From: Trichormus sp. ATA11-4-KO1
GTDB taxonomy: Bacteria; Cyanobacteriota; Cyanobacteriia; Cyanobacteriales; Nostocaceae
DNA length: 64,000 nucleotides
Assembly: GCA_019358915.1 (NCBI GenBank)
Contig: JAHHIM010000014.1
Span: 1-64,000, forward strand
Direction of reading: 5' to 3'
Shown: piece after piece, positions 1-10,174 of the stretch
Position numbering within the stretch: the stretch's first letter is position 1
Layout of the letters: each line of letters begins with the position of its first letter
Notes under the pieces: model-generated
The model's input: the letters and a program-made list of their open reading frames with translations, nothing else
Database searches by the model: none
What the model was told of the DNA's origin: nothing
Position numbers and translations under genes: made by a program

Positions 1-53
1 TCGTGAGCTAGGTTATGAAAAATAAGCAAACTAATTGTGACAGATTATATAAA

Positions 54-121
54 TGGAAGCATAAGTTGTCCAAACTCAATTAGAAGCATAAATAGTGTTT
101 TATAGACAACTTATGCTTCCA
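54..121. terminator. Perfect 17-bp inverted repeat just downstream of the TPR-CHAT gene
   Basis: tggaagcataagttgtc (54-70) and gacaacttatgcttcca (105-121), with a 34-nt loop; lies just past the stop at 133. Confidence 0.55.
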
Positions 122-132
122 CTAACATTTAT

Positions 133-3100
133 TTAACTAGGCTTACCTGCGATCGCAAATGCTGCCCAATAATAAGGATGACTGTAAAGCTTTTTATCAG
201 GAATCATTTTACTACTTCTATATAGATACGTTGCTAAATAAGCTCTAACTCTTAATTCGTCAGGATGCAGATTATTTAGTAAATTTTCATACCATTTTGT
301 CAGTTCAACAGCAGTTAGGTCTTTTAGCCATGCTGTCGCTTCAGCTAAAGCAGTGACTGGTGATTTATCTTGCTGTAATCGTCGATAAAACTCGATCATC
401 ACCAAAGCACTAGCAGATGATTCTACAGTCCACAGGGTACTTACCACATGGGGAACTCCTTTAGACATCAAACCACTGACTAAACCTACATATTCGCTAT
501 TAATATTCTGATTGTTAGTGCTTGCAGTTTCACAAGCTGAGAAAGTAACTAGATTGTAGCTAGTTAAAGTTTTTTGACAAATTTCGTCTAAAGTGATTTT
601 ATCTTCATTTGTTAATGCCAATGTTGATTTTTTCGGTTCATTATAATTGTTGGTGACATGCCCAGTAAAATGAAATAAATTGTAATTGTCAAATAAGGCA
701 TTTTCTACATTATTTTTAGTAGCTTTTGACTCCTGGATACGTTGGGGATAATTGAACATCTGGCTAATAATTTCGGATTCCAGTTTGGCAAATTTTAGTG
801 GAGGATAATCTGTGCTGTTGGGAGACTCCACACTCAGCAACTTTTGATGTGGCAATTGCCATATACTTTCGGCTTTTACAGACAAACCTATTTGCACACT
901 CGGCAAATAAGAAATATGGAAATTATTTGGTAGTTTTGCCTCTGAGGGTGAAGAAAGATGAAACAGAGTATGGAGCGGTAATCTGTGCAAGTCGCGGTGG
1001 GGAACTAAGATTAGTTGGGTAATGCCTTCGAGTTCTTGTGTAATTGTGGAAATTTGCAGGATGTTTTGCAATTGCAACAGCCTTTTTTCCATATCCACCC
1101 GCCAGGAATGATTGCTTTTGCTTGGTTGATCTTGGGCTTGACTGCGATATTCCTGATATGACTGATGCCAATCTTCCAACCAATCTTCAAAGGTAATTAG
1201 GCGTCTGACGGCTTCCGGTAAGGGCAATTCATCGAGAGGTGTAGCGGTTTCTTCTAAACCGATTGTTCCTACATCTTGTATGGGTAGAAAAACTAAAATT
1301 GGTGATGGGGCTTCGTCTTTGATAATGAAGGTGTGTAAAGCTACTGGGCTAATATGCCAGTAAATAATTGCTGTGTGGGGATTGAGCAGGTGTTGCACTG
1401 AATTGTAGTCAGGTGAGTAAATTTCATCATGCCAATCAGATAGCAACCAGGTGAAACAAGAATTTTTACCTTGTTCTGCCATTTCCCAGGCTTCTACCAA
1501 GTCACCATACTCCACAGCCAAATCAACTGCTAATTGTTCCAGTCCGGCAAATTGAAGAGCTAGCTGTTTTTTACTTTCATCAGAGCGAGTTGGTTCACTC
1601 AGCAATTGTCTCAAGAAATCGGCACCGTGTTGCTGTAATTCTTGTGCTTGTGCTGTTTCTCCTACACCCAAAAGGGCTTTAACTAAAGATTGCACAACCT
1701 CTAGATGCAATTGGGGAAAATCTGTTGTTGTCAAGGTTAACAGCGCTTGATTGTACTCAGCTATAGCTTTGCGCCAGTAATTACGAGATGTGGGAGATTT
1801 CTTGCCTCGGTCGTAGTGGGTATTACCCATTGCCAGATGTAATCTGCCCCAACCTTCTGGGTGAGTATCGGGGCGAATATGTTTCAATCCTGCTTCATAG
1901 CTCGCTAGTTTGCCCGCATAGCCGCCTTGTTGCAAGGCAGGATTGAGCGCAGTCATGCTAGTCAATAAATTCAACGGCCTGTCAGCCACTAAATGGCCAG
2001 CAGCTGTTCCGCGCCCAATCCAAGCTTCCCAGTAGTCAAGTTTGATTTGTAAGGCGTTGTCATAAGCAATAATTGCTGCCGCAAATCTTTCTAAATAAAA
2101 TAGTGCTACTGCTTGGTTATACCAAGCTAAATGGAAGTCGGGTTTAATCGCGATCGCTTTGTCGTAAGATGCGATCGCGGCTTCACGCTGCCCTAAATTA
2201 TCTAATGCTACACCCCGGTTATACCAAGCTAAATAGAAGTCTGGTTGCGAGGAGAGGGCTTGATCCCAAGATGCGATCGCTTCAGACCAGCGTCCTAAAT
2301 TAAACAACACTACGCCCCGGTCAATCCAGACTTCATGAAAATCTGGGTTCAATTCAATGGCTTTGTCATACGAGGCGATCGCTTCTTCATGTTGCTCACT
2401 GACAGCTAAAGCTATACCTCGGTAATACCAATTTTCTTGGTCTTGTGGTTCCAGAAGTAGGGCTTGGTCATAACTAGAAATTGCCTCCAAAATTTGCCCT
2501 AACTTCAGCAGCGCTAAACCTTTACTAGACCAAGCTTCTGGGTTGTCAGGCTGAATTTGGATGGCTTGATTAAAAGAGGCGATCGCTTGTTCAAATTCGC
2601 CTAATTCCCCTAAAGTGCCACCCCGGTTATACCAAGATTTGTAGTGATCAGGTTTGAGTTCAATGGCTTGATTGTAAGAGGCGATCGCTTCGGCAAAATA
2701 TTCTAAATGAAATAAGGTTAAGCCTCTGTTAAACCAATATTCATAATAATTGGGGTTCAGTTCGATGGCTTGATTATAAGAGGCGATTGCTTCTAACAAA
2801 TTACCTGTTTTGGCTTGCTGAAGACCTTGATAAAACCACGCTTGCGCCTGTACACTCGATTGTTCAGCACTGATGGCTGGAGTTTGGCTTGTGGGAATAG
2901 CCAGATTAGCAGCCAACTGTTGGACTAAATTAGCACTTTGATCCAACCGCACCAATAACTCATCCAAGGCGTATGCGACATTTGGCTCTAAATTCACCAA
3001 AGACTGATCCCAATTTCCTTGGGGTGTGGCTATTACTGATCGGGCTTCTGATTTGACGATTTGTGCTTTTTGCCCTTCCGATTCCCATAACAGTTCACTT

Positions 3101-3966
3101 AAGTTACTGATAACATCTTCATCAGGCGGAGTCAGCAGAGGTGATGCTGTGGTTTCAGTTTCTGCATCCACATACTCCCAAGTTAAATCTTGAACATTCT
3201 CCGTCACACTTTCCTGAGGAGATGCAATTTCAGGCGGTGCGGGTTCCCATGCTTCGCCTGCATACTCCCAAGTTAACTCTTGGGCATTCTCCGTCAATCT
3301 TTCTTGAGGAGATGCAATTTCAGGTGGTGCGGGTTCCCATGCTTCACCTGCATACTCCCAAGTTAACTCTTGGACATTCTCCGTCAATCTTTCCTCAGAA
3401 GATGCAATTTCAGATGCTGGGATTTCCAACTCTGGCTCATCATATTCCCATAACAATTCGCCTAAGTTGCGTATCAACTCTATTCCTGGAGAGTTGAGTA
3501 AATTGTCAGACATTTCAGATACTGTGGCTTCATCTTCTGGCTCCTCAATATCCTTGTATCCTTCATCTAAGTCCCACTTTAACAACCGTATGCCAATGTC
3601 ATAGGAAAGCTCACCAACTTTGCCAATTCCCAGTTCGCCTAATTGCACCATTTGCGTTGCTAACTGGTGATTAGGCGCTGGTGATAAGAGCAATTTTTCG
3701 CCAAATCTCAGCAGCCAATTTATCCAACGCTCAGTACTGATGCGATCTTCCATCCGTTGCAGATACTTGATTGCCCACTGTTGTCCTCGTCCTTGTTGCA
3801 CACCTTCCAGCAGCTGAGTAAACAGAACTTCCAGATCCGCATTAGTTAGCTCAGGCAGTGGTTCTGCCATCTTTTCTGCCTTTGCAGCCCTAAAAGAACG
3901 ACTCTGTTTATTACCAATGGGGCGGTTTGAAAACTTGTTAAGCCACTGCAATAGCTGCGTGAGCAT
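133..3966 (-). CDS. TPR-repeat and CHAT (caspase-HetF) protease domain protein with an acidic repeat linker
   Basis: About 9 TPR units (W-x-N-R-G ... EAIASYDQAI). CHAT motifs LILVPHRDLHRLP, FHFTGH, LVTFSACET, VSTLWTV and HPYYWAAF. Confidence 0.9.
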   Translation of the reverse strand: MLTQLLQWLNKFSNRPIGNKQSRSFRAAKAEKMAEPLPELTNADLEVLFTQLLEGVQQGRGQQWAIKYLQRMEDRISTERWINWLLRFGEKLLLSPAPNHQLATQMVQLGELGIGKVGELSYDIGIRLLKWDLDEGYKDIEEPEDEATVSEMSDNLLNSPGIELIRNLGELLWEYDEPELEIPASEIASSEERLTENVQELTWEYAGEAWEPAPPEIASPQERLTENAQELTWEYAGEAWEPAPPEIASPQESVTENVQDLTWEYVDAETETTASPLLTPPDEDVISNLSELLWESEGQKAQIVKSEARSVIATPQGNWDQSLVNLEPNVAYALDELLVRLDQSANLVQQLAANLAIPTSQTPAISAEQSSVQAQAWFYQGLQQAKTGNLLEAIASYNQAIELNPNYYEYWFNRGLTLFHLEYFAEAIASYNQAIELKPDHYKSWYNRGGTLGELGEFEQAIASFNQAIQIQPDNPEAWSSKGLALLKLGQILEAISSYDQALLLEPQDQENWYYRGIALAVSEQHEEAIASYDKAIELNPDFHEVWIDRGVVLFNLGRWSEAIASWDQALSSQPDFYLAWYNRGVALDNLGQREAAIASYDKAIAIKPDFHLAWYNQAVALFYLERFAAAIIAYDNALQIKLDYWEAWIGRGTAAGHLVADRPLNLLTSMTALNPALQQGGYAGKLASYEAGLKHIRPDTHPEGWGRLHLAMGNTHYDRGKKSPTSRNYWRKAIAEYNQALLTLTTTDFPQLHLEVVQSLVKALLGVGETAQAQELQQHGADFLRQLLSEPTRSDESKKQLALQFAGLEQLAVDLAVEYGDLVEAWEMAEQGKNSCFTWLLSDWHDEIYSPDYNSVQHLLNPHTAIIYWHISPVALHTFIIKDEAPSPILVFLPIQDVGTIGLEETATPLDELPLPEAVRRLITFEDWLEDWHQSYQEYRSQAQDQPSKSNHSWRVDMEKRLLQLQNILQISTITQELEGITQLILVPHRDLHRLPLHTLFHLSSPSEAKLPNNFHISYLPSVQIGLSVKAESIWQLPHQKLLSVESPNSTDYPPLKFAKLESEIISQMFNYPQRIQESKATKNNVENALFDNYNLFHFTGHVTNNYNEPKKSTLALTNEDKITLDEICQKTLTSYNLVTFSACETASTNNQNINSEYVGLVSGLMSKGVPHVVSTLWTVESSASALVMIEFYRRLQQDKSPVTALAEATAWLKDLTAVELTKWYENLLNNLHPDELRVRAYLATYLYRSSKMIPDKKLYSHPYYWAAFAIAGKPS
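3171..3450 (-). repeat. Intragenic 90-bp (30-aa) tandem repeat, about 3 copies
   Basis: Units start catactccca at 3171, 3261 and 3351, plus catattccca at 3441; encodes ELTWEYAGEAWEPAPPEIASPQERLTENAQ. Confidence 0.9.
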
Positions 3967-4197
3967 CTGCCATACTCTTGGATTTTGTTTCTCCTAGATT
4001 GTAGCGATCGTTGTGTTAAAAAAATCAAAAATTACGTAAAAGCCACCGCAATTCGCCGGGTTTTCGGCTGTGTAGTTATAAAAAAGATACAAATCTTTGT
4101 TTTTTGGGACTGGGGACTAGAGGAGATAGGGGGATGGGGGGGAAGAACTTAATAAATCTCCCCTTGTCTCCTTGTCTCCTTATTCCCTCCGCCCAAT

Positions 4198-4893
4198 TTA
4201 AGTTTGCTCGGTATTCGATTGACTAGGAGCATAATATTGATTAATTAGTTCCTGGACAATAATTTGTGGATCATCTGTCTCAATTGCCAGTTGTTGGGCT
4301 ATCTGCTGGCGTAAGTTTTCATCCTGCTGCAACATCATGAACAGCTCATCTAAGGTGACAGTTTGAGTTGCTCCCTCTGGTGACAACTTTTCTGCTTGAT
4401 ATAATTCTTCTTGTACTGAGTAATTATTTGAGGACAGTGAATTAGTATTGACTGCATCTGGCCCATCATATTCCCATATTGGTTCGCCTTGATTGCGCGT
4501 CAACAGCTGCATTCCTATTTCATAGGCAAAGTCTCCGATTTCTCCAAGACCTAAATCACCTAGTTGCACTAACCGAGCAGCTAATTCATTGTTAGGTGTC
4601 GGTGATGCTAGCAATCTTTCACCAAAGCGCCGTAACCATTCTAACCAGCGTTCAGTAGAAACACGATGTTCAATATTATGTAGCCACTTTTGCGCCCAAG
4701 CTTGACCTCGCGCCTGATGTACGCCTTCTAGAAGTTCGTTGAAGAGAAATTCTAAATCAGTATCGGTGAGGGGAGGCGCTGGTTCTTTTTGCACATTCTC
4801 CCCTGTTTTGGCTGGAGTCTGTTTCCTGCCAAATAAGCTTTGAAAAAGGTTTTTGAGCCACTGAACTAGCCGCCTGAGCATTTGCTGCACCAT
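4198..4893 (-). CDS. Hypothetical protein paralogous to the N-terminal domain of the adjacent TPR-CHAT protein
   Basis: LTDTDLEFLFNELLEGVHQARGQAW...STERWLEWLRRFGERLL aligns by eye with LTNADLEVLFTQLLEGVQQGRGQQW...STERWINWLLRFGEKLL. Confidence 0.85.
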   Translation of the reverse strand: MVQQMLRRLVQWLKNLFQSLFGRKQTPAKTGENVQKEPAPPLTDTDLEFLFNELLEGVHQARGQAWAQKWLHNIEHRVSTERWLEWLRRFGERLLASPTPNNELAARLVQLGDLGLGEIGDFAYEIGMQLLTRNQGEPIWEYDGPDAVNTNSLSSNNYSVQEELYQAEKLSPEGATQTVTLDELFMMLQQDENLRQQIAQQLAIETDDPQIIVQELINQYYAPSQSNTEQT

Positions 4894-4932
4894 TAAGTAT
4901 TGTTTACCCTAAGATTTTAGCGATCGCACTGT

Positions 4933-5035
4933 ATACCAATTCAAAATTAAAAATTAAAAATTAAAAATTAAGAAAGCCAGATTCCACAAGGGTTTCTCAG
5001 TTTGGATCTGTTGTTTAATTTTGGTGAATTGGTAT
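4933..5035. repeat. Small inverted-repeat-bounded element containing an AAAAATT heptamer tract
   Basis: ataccaattc (4933-4942) and gaattggtat (5026-5035); internal (aaaaatt)n. Confidence 0.5.
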
Positions 5036-5190
5036 TACTTCCGTCCATAAAATATATAGACCGGAAATTTATTATTTTCTCTAGGGTATGACAACATCCA
5101 CAAGCCAGGTACAAAAGTTAAAATAGTTGCATCCCAAACTCGTCTGGGTGCTACTCATCAATGCTGAAAGGCATTGAAGTTTGTTTCTCC

Positions 5191-7359
5191 ATGTCTTACG
5201 AACCCCTGCACCACAAGTATCGCCCAAAGAGTTTTGCTGAACTAGTGGGACAAGAAGCGATCGCTACCACCCTCACGAACGCGATCCGCACAGCTAAAAT
5301 TGCCCCTGCCTATTTGTTCACTGGCCCTAGAGGTACAGGGAAGACTTCTAGCGCCCGCATTCTCGCAAAATCTCTTAATTGTCTTAAAAATGACAAACCC
5401 ACTGCTGAACCCTGCGGCGTGTGCGATGTTTGTCAAGGAATTACTCAGGGCTACTCTCTTGATGTTATTGAAATTGATGCTGCCAGTAATACTGGTGTTG
5501 ATAATATCCGGGAACTAATTGAAAAGGCGCAGTTTGCCCCTGTGCAGTGTCGTTACAAGGTTTATGTGGTCGATGAATGTCACATGCTCAGTACCGCAGC
5601 ATTCAACGCGTTACTTAAAACATTAGAGGAACCACCGAAACACGTAGTTTTCGTTTTAGCTACAACAGACCCACAGCGAGTATTACCGACAATTATTTCG
5701 CGCTGTCAAAGGTTTGATTTTAGAAGGATTCAATTAGAGGCGATGGTCAAACATTTAAGTGCGATCGCCTCTAAGGAAAATATTCATATTTCTCCAGATG
5801 CAATCACTTTAGTAGCCCAAATAGCCCAAGGAGGATTGCGGGATGCGGAAAGTTTACTCGACCAATTAGCGCTGTCTGCGGGGGAAGTGACACCAGACAA
5901 AGTTTGGGATTTGGTTGGTTCGGTGAGTGAACGGGATTTACTAGCGTTATTAAGTGCGATCGCTCAAAATCATCCAGAAGGAGTTTTAGATTGTAGCCGT
6001 AACATCCTGGATCGTGGTCGGGAACCCCTAATTATTCTGCAAAATTTCGCCGCCTTCTATCGTGATTTACTCATAGCTAAAACAGCACCTCACCGTCAGG
6101 ATTTGGTTACTTGTACTCATCAAACTTGGACAGCATTGGTGGAATTTGCTAAGCAACTAGACGTGAGTACAATTCTCGTGGGACAGCAACACCTACGCAC
6201 GTCTGAAGTGCAAATTAAAAATACCACCCAGCCGCGTTTATGGTTAGAAGTGACATTACTGGGATTATTACCAAGTGCGAATCAGCCACAAGCCCCAAGT
6301 AAACTTCAACAAACAAATGCACCTGCTGTAGATAAAAATTATTATCCAGCCGTTTCTTCACCATCTCAGCCAGCAAATCAAAATTCTCCAGTTCATTCAG
6401 TATCCCCACCTCAGCCAACAAATCAAAATCCTCCAGTTAACCCAGTATCTCCACCTCAGCCAACAAATCAAAATCCTCCAGTTCATTCAGTATCCCCACC
6501 TCAGCCAACAAATCAAAATCCTCCAGTTAACCCAGTATCTCCACCTCAGCCAACCAATCAAAATCCTCCAGTTCATTCAGTATCCCCACCTCAGCCAACC
6601 AATCAAAATCCTCCAGTTAACCCAGTATCTCCACCTCAGCCAACAAATCAAAATCCTCCAGTTCATTCAGTCCCAACCACACCAGAACCTCTCTCTCCTT
6701 CGCCAGAACCTGAGAGTAGTGAACCTGTACCCATACAGGAAGTTATTACAGAATCACAGTATGACTTAACTCAAGTCTGGCAACAGGTGCTTGTGAATAT
6801 TCAAATGCGTTCCCGGCAAGCTTTACTTGGTCAAATGTGCCAGATTATCGAGTTTAACGGGAACATGGCGCGTATTGCTGTCAAAGGAACTTGGTTAGAT
6901 GCACTTAAATCGGATCTGCCGATGATTAAGGCTGCTTTCCAACAAACTTTCCAACGCGAAATCCAGGTGTATTTGGAAAAAGGAATTTCTTCTATGGCGA
7001 ACTCAACTAGAAGAAATCCTCAACCACAAGATTCTACTCGCGTTCAACAACCACCTGCACCCAATTACAACCAGCCAATTCAACCAGCACCAGCACCACA
7101 GCCAACTCAACCAACACTAACACCAACACCAGCAAAAACCGAGTCAGCAACAACGGGTACAGGTAGAGTGCAAACTTTGCCTCCAAGACCGATGCAAACG
7201 CCTTCGGAGGATTGGGAAACTGATGAAGTAGCGATCGCCGCGCAGCGTCTAGCGCAATTCTTCGACGGACAAATCATCCGCCTCACAGACGATGGCGTAG
7301 ATGCACCAGAATCCACGACTATATCCGAGTGGACTGATGACTCAGAAATAGATGATTAA
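5191..7359 (+). CDS. dnaX: DNA polymerase III subunit gamma/tau
   Basis: MSYEPLHHKYRPKSF start, Walker A GPRGTGKTS, Zn motif PCGVCDVC, EIDAAS, DECHML, SRCQRF; ATG at 5191 preferred over 5161. Confidence 0.97.
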   Translation: MSYEPLHHKYRPKSFAELVGQEAIATTLTNAIRTAKIAPAYLFTGPRGTGKTSSARILAKSLNCLKNDKPTAEPCGVCDVCQGITQGYSLDVIEIDAASNTGVDNIRELIEKAQFAPVQCRYKVYVVDECHMLSTAAFNALLKTLEEPPKHVVFVLATTDPQRVLPTIISRCQRFDFRRIQLEAMVKHLSAIASKENIHISPDAITLVAQIAQGGLRDAESLLDQLALSAGEVTPDKVWDLVGSVSERDLLALLSAIAQNHPEGVLDCSRNILDRGREPLIILQNFAAFYRDLLIAKTAPHRQDLVTCTHQTWTALVEFAKQLDVSTILVGQQHLRTSEVQIKNTTQPRLWLEVTLLGLLPSANQPQAPSKLQQTNAPAVDKNYYPAVSSPSQPANQNSPVHSVSPPQPTNQNPPVNPVSPPQPTNQNPPVHSVSPPQPTNQNPPVNPVSPPQPTNQNPPVHSVSPPQPTNQNPPVNPVSPPQPTNQNPPVHSVPTTPEPLSPSPEPESSEPVPIQEVITESQYDLTQVWQQVLVNIQMRSRQALLGQMCQIIEFNGNMARIAVKGTWLDALKSDLPMIKAAFQQTFQREIQVYLEKGISSMANSTRRNPQPQDSTRVQQPPAPNYNQPIQPAPAPQPTQPTLTPTPAKTESATTGTGRVQTLPPRPMQTPSEDWETDEVAIAAQRLAQFFDGQIIRLTDDGVDAPESTTISEWTDDSEIDD
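6358..6672 (+). repeat. Seven 45-bp tandem units in the dnaX linker, alternating to give a 90-bp higher-order period
   Basis: SPPQPTNQNPPVHSV and SPPQPTNQNPPVNPV alternate; the DNA is nearly identical between units. Confidence 0.95.
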
Positions 7360-7360
7360 C

Positions 7361-7399
7361 TAAGTGCTGAGTGCTTTTCTAAGTGCTGAGTGCTGAGTG
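7361..7399. repeat. STRR-type heptamer tract (GTGCTGA)n between convergent genes
   Basis: aagtgctgagtgc...aagtgctgagtgctgagtg; the same heptamer occurs near 33635 and, as reverse complement, at 51548-51568. Confidence 0.75.
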
Positions 7400-7501
7400 A
7401 AGAAAATAAAAAAATTCAAAACTCAAGATAATTATTTTGAATTTTGTACAGCCTGGCGGCATCCGGAGGCTCTATTTTGAATTTTGAATTATCCAAAGTA
7501 G

Positions 7502-8908
7502 CTACTCTTTGCTGCCTGAATGCACAGTTTTCACCCATTTTAGGCGCTTTGGTCTGATGGACATCCGGGCAGTGGTGCTGCTCATGACCACTAACCAGTG
7601 CAACATATACAAAGTGCCACGCAATGTTTGCAGCAGTAACAAGAAAGATGAAGAAATCTTGAATTCCTGATTTTGGCGTATGCGCTTGAGTCCAGCAAAC
7701 ATACCGACAACAGACATACTCACCGATAAGCTAGTTACCGGGCCTAAAATCGGTAGACGATGCCGGGTGATCGCCATTAATAAATCTGGAATTGCTGCTG
7801 TTGGCAGGATATACATAGTCAGCATAAACATCAGCATATCCCAAGTTTTCCGCGTGCCCATGCGGTTCTTGAGAATTAGATCCCAGTAATCCAAATAGCG
7901 CTGATAGCCGCCTTCTGCCCAACGGTTACGCTGATGCCAGAGGGCGATCGCATTTGTCACACCTTCTTCTTGCACTGCTGGGTAGAATGTACACTCAATG
8001 TCCCACTTGTCCAGATGTAGGCGGAAAGTCATATCCAAATCATCGGTGATGGTTTCTTCATTCCACCCGCCGCAACTTTCCAAGGCTGTGCGCCGGACAA
8101 ATTGACCATTACCTCGCAGTTCGCCAATGCCACCAATGGCAACACGTTGTTGCTGAAACCAGGCATCCAAAGCCATTTCTGCCATTTGACCTTGAGTCCA
8201 GAAATTTTCTTTGGCGTTGGCAATCGCTTTTCGCACCTGCACCGCCCCCACCTTTTCTCTTTGGAATAAAGGGACTACCTGTAACAATAAATCTGGTACT
8301 ACCTGAGCATCAGCATCAAATACTGCGACAATTTCGCCCTTGGTCAGTGGCAATACCTGATTCAATGCGCCCGACTTGCCGCCAATGGCTTGTGCCGAAC
8401 GCCTGAGAACTTTGAGTTGGTCGTATTCTTGGGCTAGTTCCGCTAAAACCTGGGGTGTCTGATCGGTACTGTTATCGTCAATTATCCAGACTTCGTACTG
8501 CCCATCTGGATATTCCAGATTACAAAGGCTCTTGACTAATTTGCCAATTACTGCTTCTTCATTTTTTGCTGCTACCAACACAGATACAGATGGTAAATCT
8601 CCCTGCATTTCTTTGGCATAGCGGCGGGGTCTAGCAAACACCACCACTAAGGCGTGAAATCCCAAAAGAGTAGTCAGCCCTAGGATAAATATTGAACCCC
8701 AAGAAGCTAAATGCAGTGCGATCGTGCTGCTCCAAACTACAGTTAAAACCAGAGCAGCTTTGCGTCTACGTCCTTGAAACCGTGATGGTAGAGACACAGG
8801 ATCTGCCTCCACCTCTGACTCCTCATCTGCCGATTGGTCGGTTAACAAGGAGTTAAGGGGGTCAAGCTCGTCGTAATAATCGTTTTCGGGCCAGGAATTC
8901 GCTGGCAT
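7502..8908 (-). CDS. mgdA: GT2 glycosyltransferase, probable monoglucosyldiacylglycerol synthase
   Basis: AAKNEE, DDNSTD, GKSGALN, FDADA, TITDDLD and QRNRW motifs, with N- and C-terminal TM helices; resembles cyanobacterial MgdA. Confidence 0.78.
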   Translation of the reverse strand: MPANSWPENDYYDELDPLNSLLTDQSADEESEVEADPVSLPSRFQGRRRKAALVLTVVWSSTIALHLASWGSIFILGLTTLLGFHALVVVFARPRRYAKEMQGDLPSVSVLVAAKNEEAVIGKLVKSLCNLEYPDGQYEVWIIDDNSTDQTPQVLAELAQEYDQLKVLRRSAQAIGGKSGALNQVLPLTKGEIVAVFDADAQVVPDLLLQVVPLFQREKVGAVQVRKAIANAKENFWTQGQMAEMALDAWFQQQRVAIGGIGELRGNGQFVRRTALESCGGWNEETITDDLDMTFRLHLDKWDIECTFYPAVQEEGVTNAIALWHQRNRWAEGGYQRYLDYWDLILKNRMGTRKTWDMLMFMLTMYILPTAAIPDLLMAITRHRLPILGPVTSLSVSMSVVGMFAGLKRIRQNQEFKISSSFLLLLQTLRGTLYMLHWLVVMSSTTARMSIRPKRLKWVKTVHSGSKE

Positions 8909-9261
8909 AGTTTACTTGATTTTAAAACCAGTATTGTTATACACCCTAAAGAAGCTGGAATTTAGGCAACAATCAAACATGCAGCCCGCAAACACCCTTA
9001 GTTATTCAAATTGTGACTCACAATCAAATTGGTAAAGTCATTTTTTGGGACTAAGTGAGCGCGAGGTAGCAACAGCTTCTTGTTGCAATAAATAGCAATA
9101 TCATTATCACCGCCTTACAGCAGGGATTTTTGTAGTTATTGCCCCAGCTTCGATAAAAGTCAATGCAGCCTTATTGTAACTGACATTTTAATATTTCTTA
9201 GCAGTAACTTCTATTGTCTCCCCATCCCCCCATCCTCCCCTGTGAGCAATACATATTTTTT

Positions 9262-9270
9262 GGGAATAAT
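9262..9270 (+). promoter_or_regulatory. Possible SigJ-type extended -10 element upstream of ebsA
   Basis: GGGAATAAT about 55 bp before the ATG, one mismatch from the GGGAATACT consensus of hormogonium/motility promoters. Confidence 0.35.
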
Positions 9271-9323
9271 ATTGGCATCCACTAATATCCCCAGTTGTCA
9301 ACTAACTTGAGGAATATTCAACG

Positions 9324-9698
9324 ATGTCTATTGAGCAACTCCAGCCTGCCAATCAACAACAAGCAAGTGTTTACTCACCTTACATTCAGGGTGCGAAGCG
9401 TAATTTTTTACCCTATGCTATTAGTCTCTATCAAAAAGGCGTTTTGGAGGGAGAACGTAAGATAGAAGCCAGTGAGAGCATTCCCTTTGTCGCTTCTTGG
9501 AATGTTGCTACCCTGCCTTCAGACTTAACCCGTTGCCGGATACAGTTTGAAGGTAATGCTGAACTCAGTTATGAAGTGATGATGGCAAGTTTTGAATTTA
9601 TGAGTTTTTTAATTGAACTTATGGAAAACTATAAGCGTCATCGCTTAACTGATTTTTCACAAGCTTTTTATCGTAAAGTATTGCGTATAGACGAATAA
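9324..9698 (+). CDS. ebsA: Type IV pilus/secretion-associated protein EbsA
   Basis: MSIEQLQPA...VYSPYIQG.KR.FLPYAISLYQKG.LEGERKIE...DFSQAFYRK pattern; gagga RBS. Confidence 0.82.
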   Translation: MSIEQLQPANQQQASVYSPYIQGAKRNFLPYAISLYQKGVLEGERKIEASESIPFVASWNVATLPSDLTRCRIQFEGNAELSYEVMMASFEFMSFLIELMENYKRHRLTDFSQAFYRKVLRIDE

Positions 9699-10174
9699 AT
9701 CCGAAAAAAATGTAAAAATTCCCAAATCAAGGGTACTATTCATGCCAATGCCAGCAATAGCAGCTATTTTGAGCTATTAATACCCTTGGTGAGGTCAGCA
9801 ATAACTTCTGTGGCTAAAGTTAGTTACAAGCCTGATAGCCAATTGCTGCGTAATTATTCTCGATACCAACCATGAAGCTCATCTTGAAAAAGATGCCATG
9901 CATCTGTGCTAAGTGTTACGGCACCGCCTTCTGGGGCATTGAATATCTGATAAAAGATCATCTCAGGCTGAAAATATTTAAACTGTTATTTAAATACCAA
10001 ACCATTACCAGTTTAGTAGTATAAATACGAGATTTCAAGAATAAAAATATACCTAAAAACAGTACATTTTTGAGAAACCCACCTTGTAAGAACTCAAGCC
10101 TGCTGCCGGAACAAACTAAAATTAGGGAACACCTAGCTTGGTTTTACTTCCTTTGACAATTTAGGAGTGCATGT

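Noticed and set aside
3141..3497. Plus-strand 118-aa repetitive ORF
   Set aside because: Antisense shadow of the 90-bp repeat in the TPR-CHAT gene
5560..5610. Intein in DnaX
   Set aside because: VDECHMLS is uninterrupted; the extra length comes from the Pro-rich repeat
9857..9964. About 35-codon minus-strand ORF (MIFYQIFNAPEGG...) between ebsA and the DRTGG gene
   Set aside because: No RBS or recognisable similarity, so it cannot be supported
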